Shown here one piece after another: positions 48,753 through 59,410 of a DNA stretch of 64,000 bases (position 1 is its first letter; each line of letters opens with the position of its first letter). The DNA is taken from NCBI GenBank assembly GCA_963705305.1, contig OY970067.1:5568001-5632000 (forward strand), in the 5' to 3' direction. A program made the translations under genes and the position numbers. This stretch comes from an uncultured Methylomirabilota bacterium. GTDB lineage: Bacteria > Methylomirabilota > Methylomirabilia > Methylomirabilales > 2-02-FULL-66-22. Under the pieces are notes generated by a model. That model was not told where the DNA came from. It searched no databases and saw only the letters and a list, made by a program, of their open reading frames with translations.

Positions 48753-49008
48753 GCCTGCCCCCAGCCATGAACTGATTAAGTATGTACGCGGATACTTTAT
48801 ACCCTCCGTCTCTCTTGTCAAGCCGTTCGATATGGCGGTCTGCAAGGACGCGCGAGGGATGGGGAAACCGCAGGTGTGGCGGGAACGGGGTTCTCCTTGT
48901 AATATAGCTGCGCGGACGGTCCCGCCGGCGATCGACAGCTTGCCCGCCCCGCGTCGGGGCGGATGGATGAGCGCCTGCCTGGGCCACGCACGTCTCGGGG
49001 GAGGGGTG

Positions 49009-50355
49009 ATGATCAGCATCAGCAAGCTATTTTGCGGCGGTGCGGCGGAGAGCGACGGCCTGCGCTACGGCCACAGTGGCCAGGGCCCGGTGGTGACCGC
49101 CGCTGCTCCGCCCGCCTCCGGCACCGCTGCGGAGCGGCGGCCGGTGACGGTCTGGAACGTTACACGGACATGCAACCTGCGCTGCATCCACTGCTACACC
49201 GATTCCGAGGCCAGGAAGTACAGCGGCGAGCTGACGACCGATGAGGGCCGGGCCCTCATCCGGGATCTGGCCAACTTCCGGATTCCCGCCCTGCTCTTCT
49301 CCGGCGGCGAGCCCCTGGCCCGGCCCGATCTCTTCGAGCTGGTTGCCTTCGCCCGCTCCCTCGGGGTTCGTCCCACCCTGTCCACAAACGGCACGCTGAT
49401 CGCCGACGAGACGGCCCGGCAGATCAAGGAAGCGGGGTTCACCTACGTCGGGATCAGCCTGGATGGAATCGGGGAGGTCAACGACCGCTTCCGCGGAGTG
49501 GGTGGCGCCTTCGACCGGGCCGTGCGCGGTTTCAAAGCCTGCGTCCGGGCCGGTCAGCGCGTCGGCCTTCGCCTGACTCTCACCCGGCACAACTTCGCCA
49601 ACCTTCACGGGATCTTCGATTTTATCGAGCGCGAGCAGATCGACCGGGCCTGTTTCTATCACCTGGTGTACTCGGGACGCGGCGGGCAGATCTCGGCCGA
49701 CGACCTCTCGCGGGAGGAGACCCGGCGGGCCGTGGACATCATCCTCGAGCGCACGGCGGATTTCCACCGCCGGGGCCTCAACAAGGAGATCCTGACCGTC
49801 GACAACCACGTGGATGGGATCTACCTGTACCTGAAGCTCCGGGAGCGTTACCCCGAACGCGCAGAGCAGGTGCTGAAGCTCCTGACGTGGAACGGGGGCG
49901 GGATGTACAGCTCCGGGGTCGGGATCGCGGACATCGACTTCCAGGGGAATGTCCACGCCGACCAGTTCTGGATGCACCACTCCTTCGGCAATGTGCGACA
50001 GCGCCCGTTCAGCCAGATCTGGAACGATACCAGCGACCCCCTCATGGCCGGACTCAAGAACCGGCGGGCCATGATCAAGGGCCGCTGTGCGCCCGGGATC
50101 TGCAAGTGGTTCGACGCCTGCGGGGGGGCCATGCGGGTGCGGGCCGACCTTGTCTACCACGATCCCTGGGCGCCCGAGCCGGCCTGTTACCTCACCGACG
50201 AGGAGATCGGCCTTACCCCAGAAAAGCAGGCCGTTGTGAAGGCCAGAGTGGAGGACTTTGCTCTGCCGGAGTTCGCGCGGCCCTCTTCCGCCGCCAACCC
50301 CCAGGCCCCTCCGGACCCGCCGGTGATTCCATGCACCGGCGGAACGGAGGCGTGA
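49009..50355 (+). CDS. ahbC: Radical SAM/SPASM protein, AhbC/NirJ1-like (alternative heme biosynthesis)
   Basis: MISISKLFCG..LRYG, WNVTRTCNLRCIHCY, FSGGEP, CFYHLVYSGRG, LTVDNH, EPACYL. Confidence 0.8.
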   Translation: MISISKLFCGGAAESDGLRYGHSGQGPVVTAAAPPASGTAAERRPVTVWNVTRTCNLRCIHCYTDSEARKYSGELTTDEGRALIRDLANFRIPALLFSGGEPLARPDLFELVAFARSLGVRPTLSTNGTLIADETARQIKEAGFTYVGISLDGIGEVNDRFRGVGGAFDRAVRGFKACVRAGQRVGLRLTLTRHNFANLHGIFDFIEREQIDRACFYHLVYSGRGGQISADDLSREETRRAVDIILERTADFHRRGLNKEILTVDNHVDGIYLYLKLRERYPERAEQVLKLLTWNGGGMYSSGVGIADIDFQGNVHADQFWMHHSFGNVRQRPFSQIWNDTSDPLMAGLKNRRAMIKGRCAPGICKWFDACGGAMRVRADLVYHDPWAPEPACYLTDEEIGLTPEKQAVVKARVEDFALPEFARPSSAANPQAPPDPPVIPCTGGTEA

Positions 50356-50449
50356 TCGGACGTTCGGCGATCGTCCCCGCTCCATCCGTCTTCCGAGCCG
50401 CCCGGAAACGGCGGCGCCGCCACTTCCCGAAACATGTCTCCCGCCGCGT

Positions 50450-50609
50450 CTAGCCGGCTGCTGAAAAACTCATTTTCGCTGAGGCTGCTCAAAAAGGTCC
50501 ACATGCAAGGCGGCCCGCAAAGGGCCGAGTGAGGCGTACTTCCGGTACGCCGCAGCGAGTGTCCGAGCGGGCCAACGCCGCAGATGGGCCTTTTTCAGCA
50601 GCCTGCTAG
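50450..50609. mobile_element. MITE-like non-autonomous element with terminal inverted repeats
   Basis: CTAGCCGGCTGCTGAAAAA ... TTTTTCAGCAGCCTGCTAG (18/19 match); CTAG at both ends; no coding capacity. Confidence 0.75.
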
Positions 50610-51628
50610 CCGGGGGGCTGTTCGGTCGTTACCGCCGGGTAGGGAATCTTCCCCTTCAAGAGTCCCACCTTCTCCAACACTGCCTCGGTCGCCTCGACCG
50701 CCTCTTCGGTGACGCGCCCCTGGTGGCTGAGCGCCGGCTGGAGGGCCTCCACCCCTTGCAGCAACTGCTGCGGGCCCATCCCTCCCAGGAAAGGCTGGAG
50801 AGCGTCTGCCACCTTCTGCGGAGGATTCGTCAGGGCCCAGCGAGTGGCGCGGTCCATGACTTGCACCATCTTGGCGACCGTGTCGGGGTGTGCGCGCAGG
50901 TAGTCCCGGCGCACGACCAGGGTCCCCATGAGGAATCCCCTCAGGGAAGGATCCTCACCCCCGGCGTTGTTGAGGAAGACCATGGCGTTGCCCTGCCGCG
51001 CGGCCGTCTCCGCCAGCGGCACCACGCCGAGGGCCGCATCCACCGTTCGACCCTCCACGGCGCGGAGCCACGAGACGCTGGCGGACCCGATGGGCACGAT
51101 TCTCATACCTTCCTCAGCCTTCAGCCCGGCCTGGCGCAGGGCAAACTCGGCCAGATGATGGGCGGTGTTGCCAAGGTGTGGGACGCCGAGCCTCAGGTTC
51201 CCAAGGGCCTTAAGCTTCTGGGCCAGCGGACTCCCCGCGACGAGCCCCCGCGCTTCTGCCGTTTCCAGGTTCATGGCCCAGTTGATGATCGGCCGTGTGA
51301 ACCCGGAATAGACCATGACGATCTCGGGATCGCGCTGGAAGGCCAAGAGAACGGCGTCCCCAGGACTGAACGCAAAATCCACCTGGCGGGACAGGAGCGC
51401 CTTCAGGGCCAGCCCGCTCCCCTCGGTGACAACCAGGTTCACGTCCAGCCCCCGGCCCGCAAAGAGGTTGAGAGACCGAGCCAGGAACACCGGCGCCATG
51501 CTCAGATCGGTTGCCGGTATGGCCAGGCGGATCTCGCTGGCGCCGGCCGGCCCGGAGGCAAGAACCAGCAGGATCGCCCCCCAGAGCATCACGCGTGCGG
51601 CATGCCTGACCGTCACTGTCCCCTCCAT
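50606..51628 (-). CDS. NitT/TauT-family ABC substrate-binding protein
   Basis: Signal peptide, APVFLA...GLDV, ALLSRQVDF, HPDTVAK; no partner permease nearby. Confidence 0.75.
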   Translation of the reverse strand: MEGTVTVRHAARVMLWGAILLVLASGPAGASEIRLAIPATDLSMAPVFLARSLNLFAGRGLDVNLVVTEGSGLALKALLSRQVDFAFSPGDAVLLAFQRDPEIVMVYSGFTRPIINWAMNLETAEARGLVAGSPLAQKLKALGNLRLGVPHLGNTAHHLAEFALRQAGLKAEEGMRIVPIGSASVSWLRAVEGRTVDAALGVVPLAETAARQGNAMVFLNNAGGEDPSLRGFLMGTLVVRRDYLRAHPDTVAKMVQVMDRATRWALTNPPQKVADALQPFLGGMGPQQLLQGVEALQPALSHQGRVTEEAVEATEAVLEKVGLLKGKIPYPAVTTEQPPG

Positions 51629-51791
51629 CCTCTTTCAGAGCGTCATCACAGGAGTTCGAACGACCCGACCGGACTGGGAGGATTCTAGCAGGCTCAAGAC
51701 CAGGCCGACAACCGGTCGTTGCTGGGGGGCTTCCCGTCAGGGAGGCAAGAGATGTCGCGCGGGCTGAAGCGCCGATGGAGCGGCCTCTGGA

Positions 51792-54410
51792 TCACGAGAA
51801 GTAGGCCCGAAGCGCGGCCGCCTCGCGCCGGCCCAGGGCCACCGCGATCTGCAGCTGCTCCAGGTACTGCTCGAGCGTCTTGCCGCCCAAAGAGATGGGG
51901 TTGGACGCGAAGAACTGCCGCACCTCCGCTTCCAGCGCGGGGGTGGCCAGGCCGATGACCCCTTCCCACATCCGACGGAATCCTCCCTGCGGGAACTGCC
52001 GCTCCATCGCCTGCCAGTGGTCGGTGACGAATCGCCAGACCTGCTGTCGGGCCTCCACGCTCATCAGGAGTCCCCGCACGAGGAAGGGCGCGTCCTGGCT
52101 GCGCACCTCGCCGCTCAGGCAGAGCGCGAGCGTCCGGCGCAGCAGGCCCGGATCGCGGAACCCCGCCAGGGAGTGGAGATACCGCTGCTCTTCCTGGGGG
52201 GTCCTAGCGGCCTTGAAACGCCCAAAGAACGCCTCGTAGTCCGCGGGGCCGCCCACGTGGGCCAGGATGGCCACCAGCGCCGGAAGGAGATTGGGATCAA
52301 CCGCGGAGGGGTCGGCCAGAGTCGCCTCATACAGCTTCCGCGCCTCGGCCTGAATCGTGCCGTCGTTTCCCAGGGTGCCGGCCGCCCGCAGCAGGTCCCC
52401 GCGGAGCTGCCGCTGCAGCTCTCCCTCGCCCGACCCCGGCATCCAGCCGAGACGCACGACCGCGGGGCCCAGCCGATCCCGCACCAAAGCCTCGAGTTCC
52501 GGCCGGAGCGCGGAGTCGATCACCCGGTTCAGAGAGGCGAAGGATGCCAGCAGCACGGTCCAGACGTTCCGGTCGGTTTCCTCGCGGAACCTGGCGGTGA
52601 GATCCAGGTAGGCCGTGATGGGCGCGACTCCCGCCAGGCAGGCCGCCCAGACATCGTTCACGAGATTGAACCGCTCGATGGGCGCCAGGATCTCGAGCGG
52701 GGCGGCCAGCAGCCGCTCCAGCAGCTTTGCCCCGTAGCGCACGCGGTAGAATCCATGGCCGCCGGCGTTGACGACGACCCAGTCGGGCCTGTCCGGCAGT
52801 TCCACCGAGGCCTCATCCGTTGAAAGTAGGAGGCGCATATCCTGGGCTCCACCCCGCACCCCCACGCGAAACGTCACCGGAACCGGCCAGCGGGCCGTCC
52901 CATCCCCCGCCCCCTGCGTGTAGCTGAATCGTTGCTGGGAGAAGCGCAGCCTCCGGCCTCCGTCTTCGGCGTCCACGCTGACCAGGGGATACCCGGGGCG
53001 GAAGATCCAGCCGTGCATCACGGAGGGAATCGGCTGCCCCGAGGCCTCGCCCAGCGATGCCCACAGATCCGAGGTCTCGGCGTTCCCGTACTGGTGGGCG
53101 CGCAGATACCTCCGGACGCCGTCGCGGAAGACGGCGGGGCCGAGGTACGTCTCGAACATGCGCAGCACCGCCCCGCCCTTCTCGTAGGTGAGCACGTCGA
53201 ACATGGCGTCGGCGTCCTTGGGAGCCACCACCGGAAACTCCACCGGACGGCTGGACTGTAGCCCGTCTACCACCAGGGCGGCGGCACGGGACACGCCAAA
53301 GGTGGTCCAGCGTTGCCAGGCCGGCCGCCAGGCGTCCACGGCCTGCACCTCCATGAAGGTGGCGAAGGCTTCGTTCAGCCAGAGGCCGTTCCACCACGCC
53401 ATGGTCACGAGGTCGCCGAACCACATGTGGGCGATCTCGTGGGCGACCACGTCGGCCACCCGCTCCATCTCCGCATGGGTGGCGGCCGTTTCGTCCACCA
53501 GGAGGGCTGTCTCGCGGAACGTGATGGCTCCCAGATTCTCCATGGCCCCGAAGGCGAAATCGGGGATGGCGATGAAGTCCAGCTTGTCCCCGGGATACGG
53601 GAGCCCGTAGTACTCTTCGAAGAACCGGAGCGAGAAAGCGGCAATCTTCTGGGCAAATCGGGCCAGGTGCCGTTTCCCAGGCACGCACCAGATCCGGATC
53701 GGCGTCTTGCCGACCATGGTCGGATCCGTCGCCTCCAGCTCTCCCACCACAAAGGCGACCAGGTAGGTGGACATGCGGATGGTCGGGGAGAAGACAACCG
53801 CCTTCTTGCCGCCCGGAAGCGGCCGCTCTTCGGCGACGCGGGTGTTGGAGACGGCCGACAACCCATTATCTACGACCAGCGTGATCTGAAAGACCGCCTT
53901 GAACGCCGGCTCGTCCCAGCAGGGAAACGCTCGTCGGGCCTCCGTGGCCTCGAACTGCGTCACCGCCAGGACTTTCCTTTCGGGCACGGCGGACGGACCG
54001 GACTCGCCGGCCCCCGAGGTGGGGCCGCTCGGGACCATGAAGGTACTGCGGTAGAATCCGCGCAGCTTGTCGTTCAGGCTCCCCGTGAAGCGGAGGGACA
54101 GCTTCCACGGCCCGGGCCGGAGGGCCTCCGGGAACCCAAGCCGGGCCCGCTCCGTCGCCTCCTCCATAACTACGGAACCCGGGAGCCGCTTTCCCTCGTC
54201 GCCCGCGATCGCCACCTCCTGGATCGCCAGCTCTGCGGCGTTCAGGACGATCTCGCGCACCGGCTCGCGCAGCACGACCTCGACCGTTTCGGCGCCGCTG
54301 AAGGTGCCGGCCGCCAGGTCGATTTCCAGCCGGATCTCGTACCGCTCCGGCGCCGCGGTCTGCGGAAGTCGATACGCATCCTGCCCTGTGTCGGCCATCA
54401 CCGTTCTCAT
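51792..54410 (-). CDS. pepN: M1 family aminopeptidase (aminopeptidase N) with ERAP1-like C-terminus
   Basis: TQFE, GAMEN, HEIAHMWFG, WLNEAFA, YEKG. Confidence 0.92.
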   Translation of the reverse strand: MRTVMADTGQDAYRLPQTAAPERYEIRLEIDLAAGTFSGAETVEVVLREPVREIVLNAAELAIQEVAIAGDEGKRLPGSVVMEEATERARLGFPEALRPGPWKLSLRFTGSLNDKLRGFYRSTFMVPSGPTSGAGESGPSAVPERKVLAVTQFEATEARRAFPCWDEPAFKAVFQITLVVDNGLSAVSNTRVAEERPLPGGKKAVVFSPTIRMSTYLVAFVVGELEATDPTMVGKTPIRIWCVPGKRHLARFAQKIAAFSLRFFEEYYGLPYPGDKLDFIAIPDFAFGAMENLGAITFRETALLVDETAATHAEMERVADVVAHEIAHMWFGDLVTMAWWNGLWLNEAFATFMEVQAVDAWRPAWQRWTTFGVSRAAALVVDGLQSSRPVEFPVVAPKDADAMFDVLTYEKGGAVLRMFETYLGPAVFRDGVRRYLRAHQYGNAETSDLWASLGEASGQPIPSVMHGWIFRPGYPLVSVDAEDGGRRLRFSQQRFSYTQGAGDGTARWPVPVTFRVGVRGGAQDMRLLLSTDEASVELPDRPDWVVVNAGGHGFYRVRYGAKLLERLLAAPLEILAPIERFNLVNDVWAACLAGVAPITAYLDLTARFREETDRNVWTVLLASFASLNRVIDSALRPELEALVRDRLGPAVVRLGWMPGSGEGELQRQLRGDLLRAAGTLGNDGTIQAEARKLYEATLADPSAVDPNLLPALVAILAHVGGPADYEAFFGRFKAARTPQEEQRYLHSLAGFRDPGLLRRTLALCLSGEVRSQDAPFLVRGLLMSVEARQQVWRFVTDHWQAMERQFPQGGFRRMWEGVIGLATPALEAEVRQFFASNPISLGGKTLEQYLEQLQIAVALGRREAAALRAYFS

Positions 54411-54755
54411 CCTCCTGTCCGTCAGTCGCGTCCGGCGCCCCGGCCCGGCAGTCGGTCACGCCCCCGGCCTGCCTCTTCGCGCTCACGCCATTCTATGCGA
54501 CCACCGCTCCTCTCACAAGTCGCCCCCGAGGTCATGTCGCCTCCGGGATCAGCACCATGTATGTAGGACGATTCGAGTCCGACCCTCGGGGATGTTTGAC
54601 ACAGCGGGGATGGAGTGGAAGAAACCGTGGGATTCGCCTGACGCGCATTCTGCGCGGCCACACGCCTCAAGAGCGGATCCCGGAGGGGCCTGGTGAAGTT
54701 GCCCGGTCCGATGAACTTCCCAGGCTCCCCCGGGACCCGGTTGGTGCGGCGCGTG

Positions 54756-56072
54756 CTACGACTTCGCGTAGATCTCCTTCATCTCCGCCTCGGCCTGCTT
54801 GATCGTCTCGGCGGTGGACATCCCCTTGCAGGCCCGGGCGAACATGTTCACGATGACGTACTTGACCATCGCCTCGGCCGCGTGGCGGGTCGGCGGCCCG
54901 GGGTAGCCGGGCATCCGCACGTACTTCGGGATCTCCCGGATGACCTCCAGCTTGGGGTCTTTCTTCCAGACGGGGTCGTTTTCGTAGAAGTTAGCCAGGC
55001 CGGCGATCTGCCCCTCCCCCACGCCGATCCAGGCGGAGTATTGCTTGGGCTGGATCAGCCAGGTGATGAACGCTTTGGCCTCCTTGGGGAACTTGGAGAA
55101 CTTGAAGATCCCCAAGCCCATGGCCGTGGAGTAGCCGAAGCGTCCCGCCGGACCCTTCGGCCAGAGGGCGTGGTTCGTCACCTCGCGCAGCTGCGGGGCG
55201 TTTTTCGTCTCGGCCCAGTAGATGCTCGCGGCGTTCCCGGTGACTGCCAGCTCCCCGGCCAGGAAGGCGCGGTTGTTGCTGGAGTCGTCCCAGGAGAACA
55301 CGTCCGGGGTCTCGCCGTCCTTGAACAGGTTGCGAACATAGTCAACGGCCTTGGCCGTCCCCGGGGAATTGATGGCCACCGTCTTCCCGTCGGCCTTGCA
55401 CTCGGCTCCCCCGTGCGCCCAAAACATGGGATAGTGGGACTGGTTCGCGTCGCCGATGGCCCGACCGAGGGCGAACCCGGAGTAATGACCCTTGTCCTTG
55501 ATCTTTCGGCAGAGGACCAGCATCTCGTCGTACGTGTCGGGGAACTTGTCGAATCCCACCTCTCTCGCCCAATCGGAGCGATACACGACGGCGATCGGGA
55601 TGATCCCCCAGGGCACCGATTTCCACACCTTGTTGACGATGCCGATATCCTTGGCGATGTTGGTCCAGCCATTGAGTTGTTTGCCCAGAGGTTCTGCAAC
55701 GTCGCCCACGTTGATGAGGGACTTGTCGAACAGGTGGGCGCCGTCACTCCAGGTGGTGATGATGTCGGGACCGGCCCCGCTTTCCACCGCGGCGGCGGTC
55801 TTGCTCGGCAGATCGCTCTGGTTCACGAATTCGAAGGCGATTTCGACTCCCTTTTCCTTGGTGTACTGCTGGGCCTGCTCCCGCAGGGTGTCATCCATGG
55901 CGTTCAGAGTGTTGGACCAGGTCAGGATGCTGAGCCTGGCCGCCCCCAGACCGCTGCGGATGAAGGTCCCGAAGGAGAGGGCTGCGGTGGCGCCGGCGGT
56001 CACGCCGATGAACCGGCGGCGGCTGATTCCGTTCCCCCTTCCGGAGTGCGTCGATTTCTTCTTGTGTTGCAT
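54756..56072 (-). CDS. Carbohydrate-type ABC substrate-binding protein with Tat signal
   Basis: SRRRFI Tat motif, GPDI, VYRSDW, WDDSSNNRAF, PKGPAG. Confidence 0.8.
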   Translation of the reverse strand: MQHKKKSTHSGRGNGISRRRFIGVTAGATAALSFGTFIRSGLGAARLSILTWSNTLNAMDDTLREQAQQYTKEKGVEIAFEFVNQSDLPSKTAAAVESGAGPDIITTWSDGAHLFDKSLINVGDVAEPLGKQLNGWTNIAKDIGIVNKVWKSVPWGIIPIAVVYRSDWAREVGFDKFPDTYDEMLVLCRKIKDKGHYSGFALGRAIGDANQSHYPMFWAHGGAECKADGKTVAINSPGTAKAVDYVRNLFKDGETPDVFSWDDSSNNRAFLAGELAVTGNAASIYWAETKNAPQLREVTNHALWPKGPAGRFGYSTAMGLGIFKFSKFPKEAKAFITWLIQPKQYSAWIGVGEGQIAGLANFYENDPVWKKDPKLEVIREIPKYVRMPGYPGPPTRHAAEAMVKYVIVNMFARACKGMSTAETIKQAEAEMKEIYAKS

Positions 56073-56371
56073 GATTCATCACCTCCGAGAACATCGGGTT
56101 GAAGCGAAGGGGAGCACCGCGCAGCACGGAGGCAGGGGTGGAGGCCGAGCATCGAGATGAGCGCTCGACGCCTCGTGAAGCGTTCTGGTCGGCGGGCAGG
56201 CCTTTCGTCGCACCAGAGGTCGCCACCGCCCCGCTTAGGGACAGGCTGAGGCCGATAACAGCGCACTGAAACACGGCCAACGGGACCGGCTGCCATATAC
56301 CACGGCAGCCCCGCATTGTCCACAAGAAGGGCTGAGAGTCTGCTGGCGGCCCCGCGGAAGCGCCCCAGGGA

Positions 56372-57295
56372 TCAGCGTCTGAGGCCCCGCAGGAAAGCTT
56401 CTACCTGCGAGCGGGTTGGAAACGAGGTCTGGGCCCCTTGCCGGGTGCAGGTCAGGGCCGCTGCGGCGTTGGCCAGAGGGAGTGCCTCCTCCCAGGTGCC
56501 TCCCGCCGCCAGCCCCACCGCCAGGGCGCCATTGAAGGCATCCCCCGCCCCCGTGGTGTCCACCGCATCCACCGGAAATGCCGGGAAGTGGAATGCGGAC
56601 TCCCCATCGCAAGAGAGGACGCCCTGCTCCCCGAGGGTGACGATGACGCGCTTGACGCCCCGCGCCAACAGCCGCTGGGCGGCTTGCGTCGCGTTCTCCG
56701 GTCCCCTGACGGGGAGACCGGAGAGCACCTCCGCCTCGCCGGCATTGGGGGTCAGGCAATCCACCAGGGGCAGGAGATCGTCGGGCAGCTCCTGGGCCGG
56801 CGCCGGGTTGAGGATGGTGAGGGCACCGTGCTCGCGAGCGGCGGCCAGGGTCCAGCGGACCGTCGCCAGCGGGATCTCCAGCTGGCACAGCACCACCCGG
56901 GCCCACATCAGGTCCACCTCGTGCTGCCGGACCAGATCCGGGAGGAGCCGGAGATTGGCCCCCGAGGCGACGGCGATCTGGTTCCGGCCGGCGCCGTCCA
57001 CCACGATCAACGCCACACCGGTCGCGGCATCCTTGGACTGGATCAGGCCGTCGGCGGAGATCCCCTCGGCGGCAAGCTGCTCGGCGATCTGATCACCCTG
57101 AGGGTCCCGCCCGACGCACCCGATGAAGCGGACGTCCCCGCGCAGCCGCCGCGCCGCCACCGCCTGGTTGGCGCCCTTGCCGCCGTGGCTCACGTAAAAC
57201 TGGCCGCCGGTGACGGTCTCCCCGGCCGCGGGAAGCCGGTCCACCGCCACGGTGAAATCCATGTTCGCGGAGCCGACCACTAGCACCCTCGGCAT
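56372..57295 (-). CDS. rbsK: Ribokinase (PfkB family)
   Basis: VVGSANMD, GGKGANQAVAA, QLEIP, LNPAPA, DTTGAGDAFNG. Confidence 0.92.
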   Translation of the reverse strand: MPRVLVVGSANMDFTVAVDRLPAAGETVTGGQFYVSHGGKGANQAVAARRLRGDVRFIGCVGRDPQGDQIAEQLAAEGISADGLIQSKDAATGVALIVVDGAGRNQIAVASGANLRLLPDLVRQHEVDLMWARVVLCQLEIPLATVRWTLAAAREHGALTILNPAPAQELPDDLLPLVDCLTPNAGEAEVLSGLPVRGPENATQAAQRLLARGVKRVIVTLGEQGVLSCDGESAFHFPAFPVDAVDTTGAGDAFNGALAVGLAAGGTWEEALPLANAAAALTCTRQGAQTSFPTRSQVEAFLRGLRR

Positions 57296-57395
57296 GACCC
57301 ACCTCGATCTGGAATTGAAAAGGCTCACTCGTTCCGCCGCCAAGCGCCTGCCGTCCAGCCGGGGCCGCCGTCGTTGGAGCGGCTATGCCTTCCTG

Positions 57396-57641
57396 CTATC
57401 CTGCCGGGTAGAGGTGGCAGCTGACCGTATGGCCGGGCGCCATGGCGATCGGGGTCGGCTTGATCTCCCGGCAAACGTCCGTGGCTCTGGGGCAGCGCGG
57501 ATGGAAGCGACACCCCGCGGGCGGGGTGATGAGGTTGGGGATGGTGCCAGCAATCCCCTCCAGCGCCTCCTGCCGCCGCGCGTTGTGAGGAATGGAGCGC
57601 AGCAGGCCCTGGGTGTAAGGGTGCAGGGGAATGCGGAAGAG
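57396..57641 (-). pseudogene. C-terminal oligo_HPY fragment of oligopeptide ABC ATPase (OppD-like)
   Basis: Hand translation LFRIPLHPYTQGLLRSIP...PPAGCRFHPRC...C...VSCHLYPAG*; preceded by in-frame TAG, no start codon. Confidence 0.75.
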
Positions 57642-57668
57642 CTAACCTCCGCGCAGGGGAAGGTGAAA

Positions 57669-57697
57669 CTTATAATACAGGCTGTGGGAAAGGTCAA
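57669..57697 (-). promoter_or_regulatory. sigma70-type promoter pointing toward rbsK
   Basis: Minus strand TTGACC-17 nt-TATAAG. Confidence 0.55.
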
Positions 57698-57719
57698 CCG
57701 TGCGGGATGGCCATCGGCG

Positions 57720-58076
57720 CTATTTCGGCGGAGTCTTCTGGCTCTGCTCCATCAGTTCGCGCCGGACCTTGTCGGTCATCTGCTGGGTGATTCCCTGATA
57801 CGTCTCGGCCGGATTGGAGGAGCCCGTCGAAGGTTGCTGGGAAGGATACGGGTGGACGGACAGGATATCGGATCCGGGGATCTCCACCGTGTTGCCGGCC
57901 GGAAGTGTCACGCGGACGCGGTCGCCGATGATCTGCGTGCCCTCCGCCTGGACGGTCTCCCCGCTATGCAGGAAGATGATCTCCGTCGCCACGGCGGACG
58001 GCACCGGCCAGCAACACAGCAGCACCAGGAGCGCCCGCGCGGCACGGCGGAGGCGCCCTGTCGCCGCGGCATCCAC
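57720..58076 (-). CDS. Secreted hypothetical protein
   Basis: Signal-like LLVLLCCWPVPSAVA then IIFLHSGETV small beta domain; GTG start overlapping upstream stop. Confidence 0.5.
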   Translation of the reverse strand: MDAAATGRLRRAARALLVLLCCWPVPSAVATEIIFLHSGETVQAEGTQIIGDRVRVTLPAGNTVEIPGSDILSVHPYPSQQPSTGSSNPAETYQGITQQMTDKVRRELMEQSQKTPPK

Positions 58077-58393
58077 TAGCTGCCTCCTGAGGAAGCAGAG
58101 GCAGCCGCGGCCTCCGAGAGCAGCAGCTTCGCATCCCGCCAGGCCGCCTCCATGGCGGTCAGCGCCTCCTCGAAGGCCTGCACGTCCGCTGACTCCGGGC
58201 CATAGACGCCGCGGATCTGCTCCCAGCGGGACTTGATGACTTCCTTCCGGCGGTACAGCGCTGCAAAATCCGCGGATCGGGCCTGATGCAGCGCCTCGGG
58301 GGCACTGGCCAGGGCCAGGCGCACTTGCTCCAGGTCCCGCTCCCATCCTTTGATCCGCTCGTCGATTGCTTCGCGTCCTTCGTCCGTGGCCAT
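58076..58393 (-). CDS. Hypothetical helical protein
   Basis: SD GGAGGAG; coiled-coil-like 105-aa ORF. Confidence 0.6.
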   Translation of the reverse strand: MATDEGREAIDERIKGWERDLEQVRLALASAPEALHQARSADFAALYRRKEVIKSRWEQIRGVYGPESADVQAFEEALTAMEAAWRDAKLLLSEAAAASASSGGS

Positions 58394-58643
58394 GCGTCTC
58401 CTCCGCCTCGGAGAATGCCGGACACCACCTCCACCCCGTTTGCGTGCCCCACCTATACCACGCCTAGGCGGGTTCGTCGAGCCGGGGGTCCCCAGGCCCG
58501 GTGGAGGAACTGCTTGCGGCGGGCTTGCGTCTCATCTACTCTTGCACCGGATAGGGTGCCTGCCTGGCCCCTCACATCCGGGGGAGGGAGCGCCGCGGGC
58601 GCTGCTCCCGCCGACCGGCGAAACGACCATTGAGGAGAAGACC

Positions 58644-59321
58644 ATGTCCTCGCCCTACCAGATCAATCAGCTCGAAAAGGAAGACTCGTGGCGGATGTTC
58701 CGGATCATCGGGGAATTCGTCGAGGGCTTCGACGCCCTCTCCCAGATCACCCCGGCGGTCACCGTCTTCGGCAGTGCCCGGGCGCGACCGGGGGATTTCG
58801 CCTACGACACGGCCGAGGCCATCGGCCGCGAAATCGCCCGAGCCGGCTTCACCCTGGTGACCGGCGGCGGCCCGGGGGTCATGGAAGCGGCCTGCAAGGG
58901 GGCCGCCGAGGCGGGAGGCAGGACGGTCGGCCTGAACATCGATCTGCCCATGGAGCAGAAGGCCAATCCATATGCCGGCCTGTCGATGCACTTCCACTAC
59001 TTCTTCGTTCGCAAGGTGATGTTGGTGAAGTACGCCACAGCCTTCGTCCTGCTGCCGGGGGGCTTCGGCACGCTGGACGAGCTGTTCGAGACCGTCACGC
59101 TCATCCAGACCCACAAGATCCGGCCCTTCCCCGTGATCCTGGTGGGCTGGGACTACTGGCGGGGGCTGGTGGACTGGCTGCACGAACAGGCGATCGCGCG
59201 GGGGTACCTGGGGGCGACCGAGCTGGACTTCCTGACGGTCACAGACGAGCCGGCGGAGGTCGCGCAGCGGATCACCCGCTTTTACAATGGCGAGGTGGGG
59301 GATCTCAGCGTCTCGGCCTGA
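58644..59321 (+). CDS. LOG family protein (TIGR00730-like nucleotide phosphoribohydrolase)
   Basis: VFGSAR, TGGGPGVMEA, FFVRKVM, PGGFGTLDELFE. Confidence 0.9.
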   Translation: MSSPYQINQLEKEDSWRMFRIIGEFVEGFDALSQITPAVTVFGSARARPGDFAYDTAEAIGREIARAGFTLVTGGGPGVMEAACKGAAEAGGRTVGLNIDLPMEQKANPYAGLSMHFHYFFVRKVMLVKYATAFVLLPGGFGTLDELFETVTLIQTHKIRPFPVILVGWDYWRGLVDWLHEQAIARGYLGATELDFLTVTDEPAEVAQRITRFYNGEVGDLSVSA

Positions 59322-59410
59322 TGCCGCGGCCGGCCGTCCCCCCGAGCCGTTCGGCCGCAGCACCGCAGGGAGCCCGGCAGGGCCGCGGCTCTGATCGGGC
59401 CGGCAGCCAG

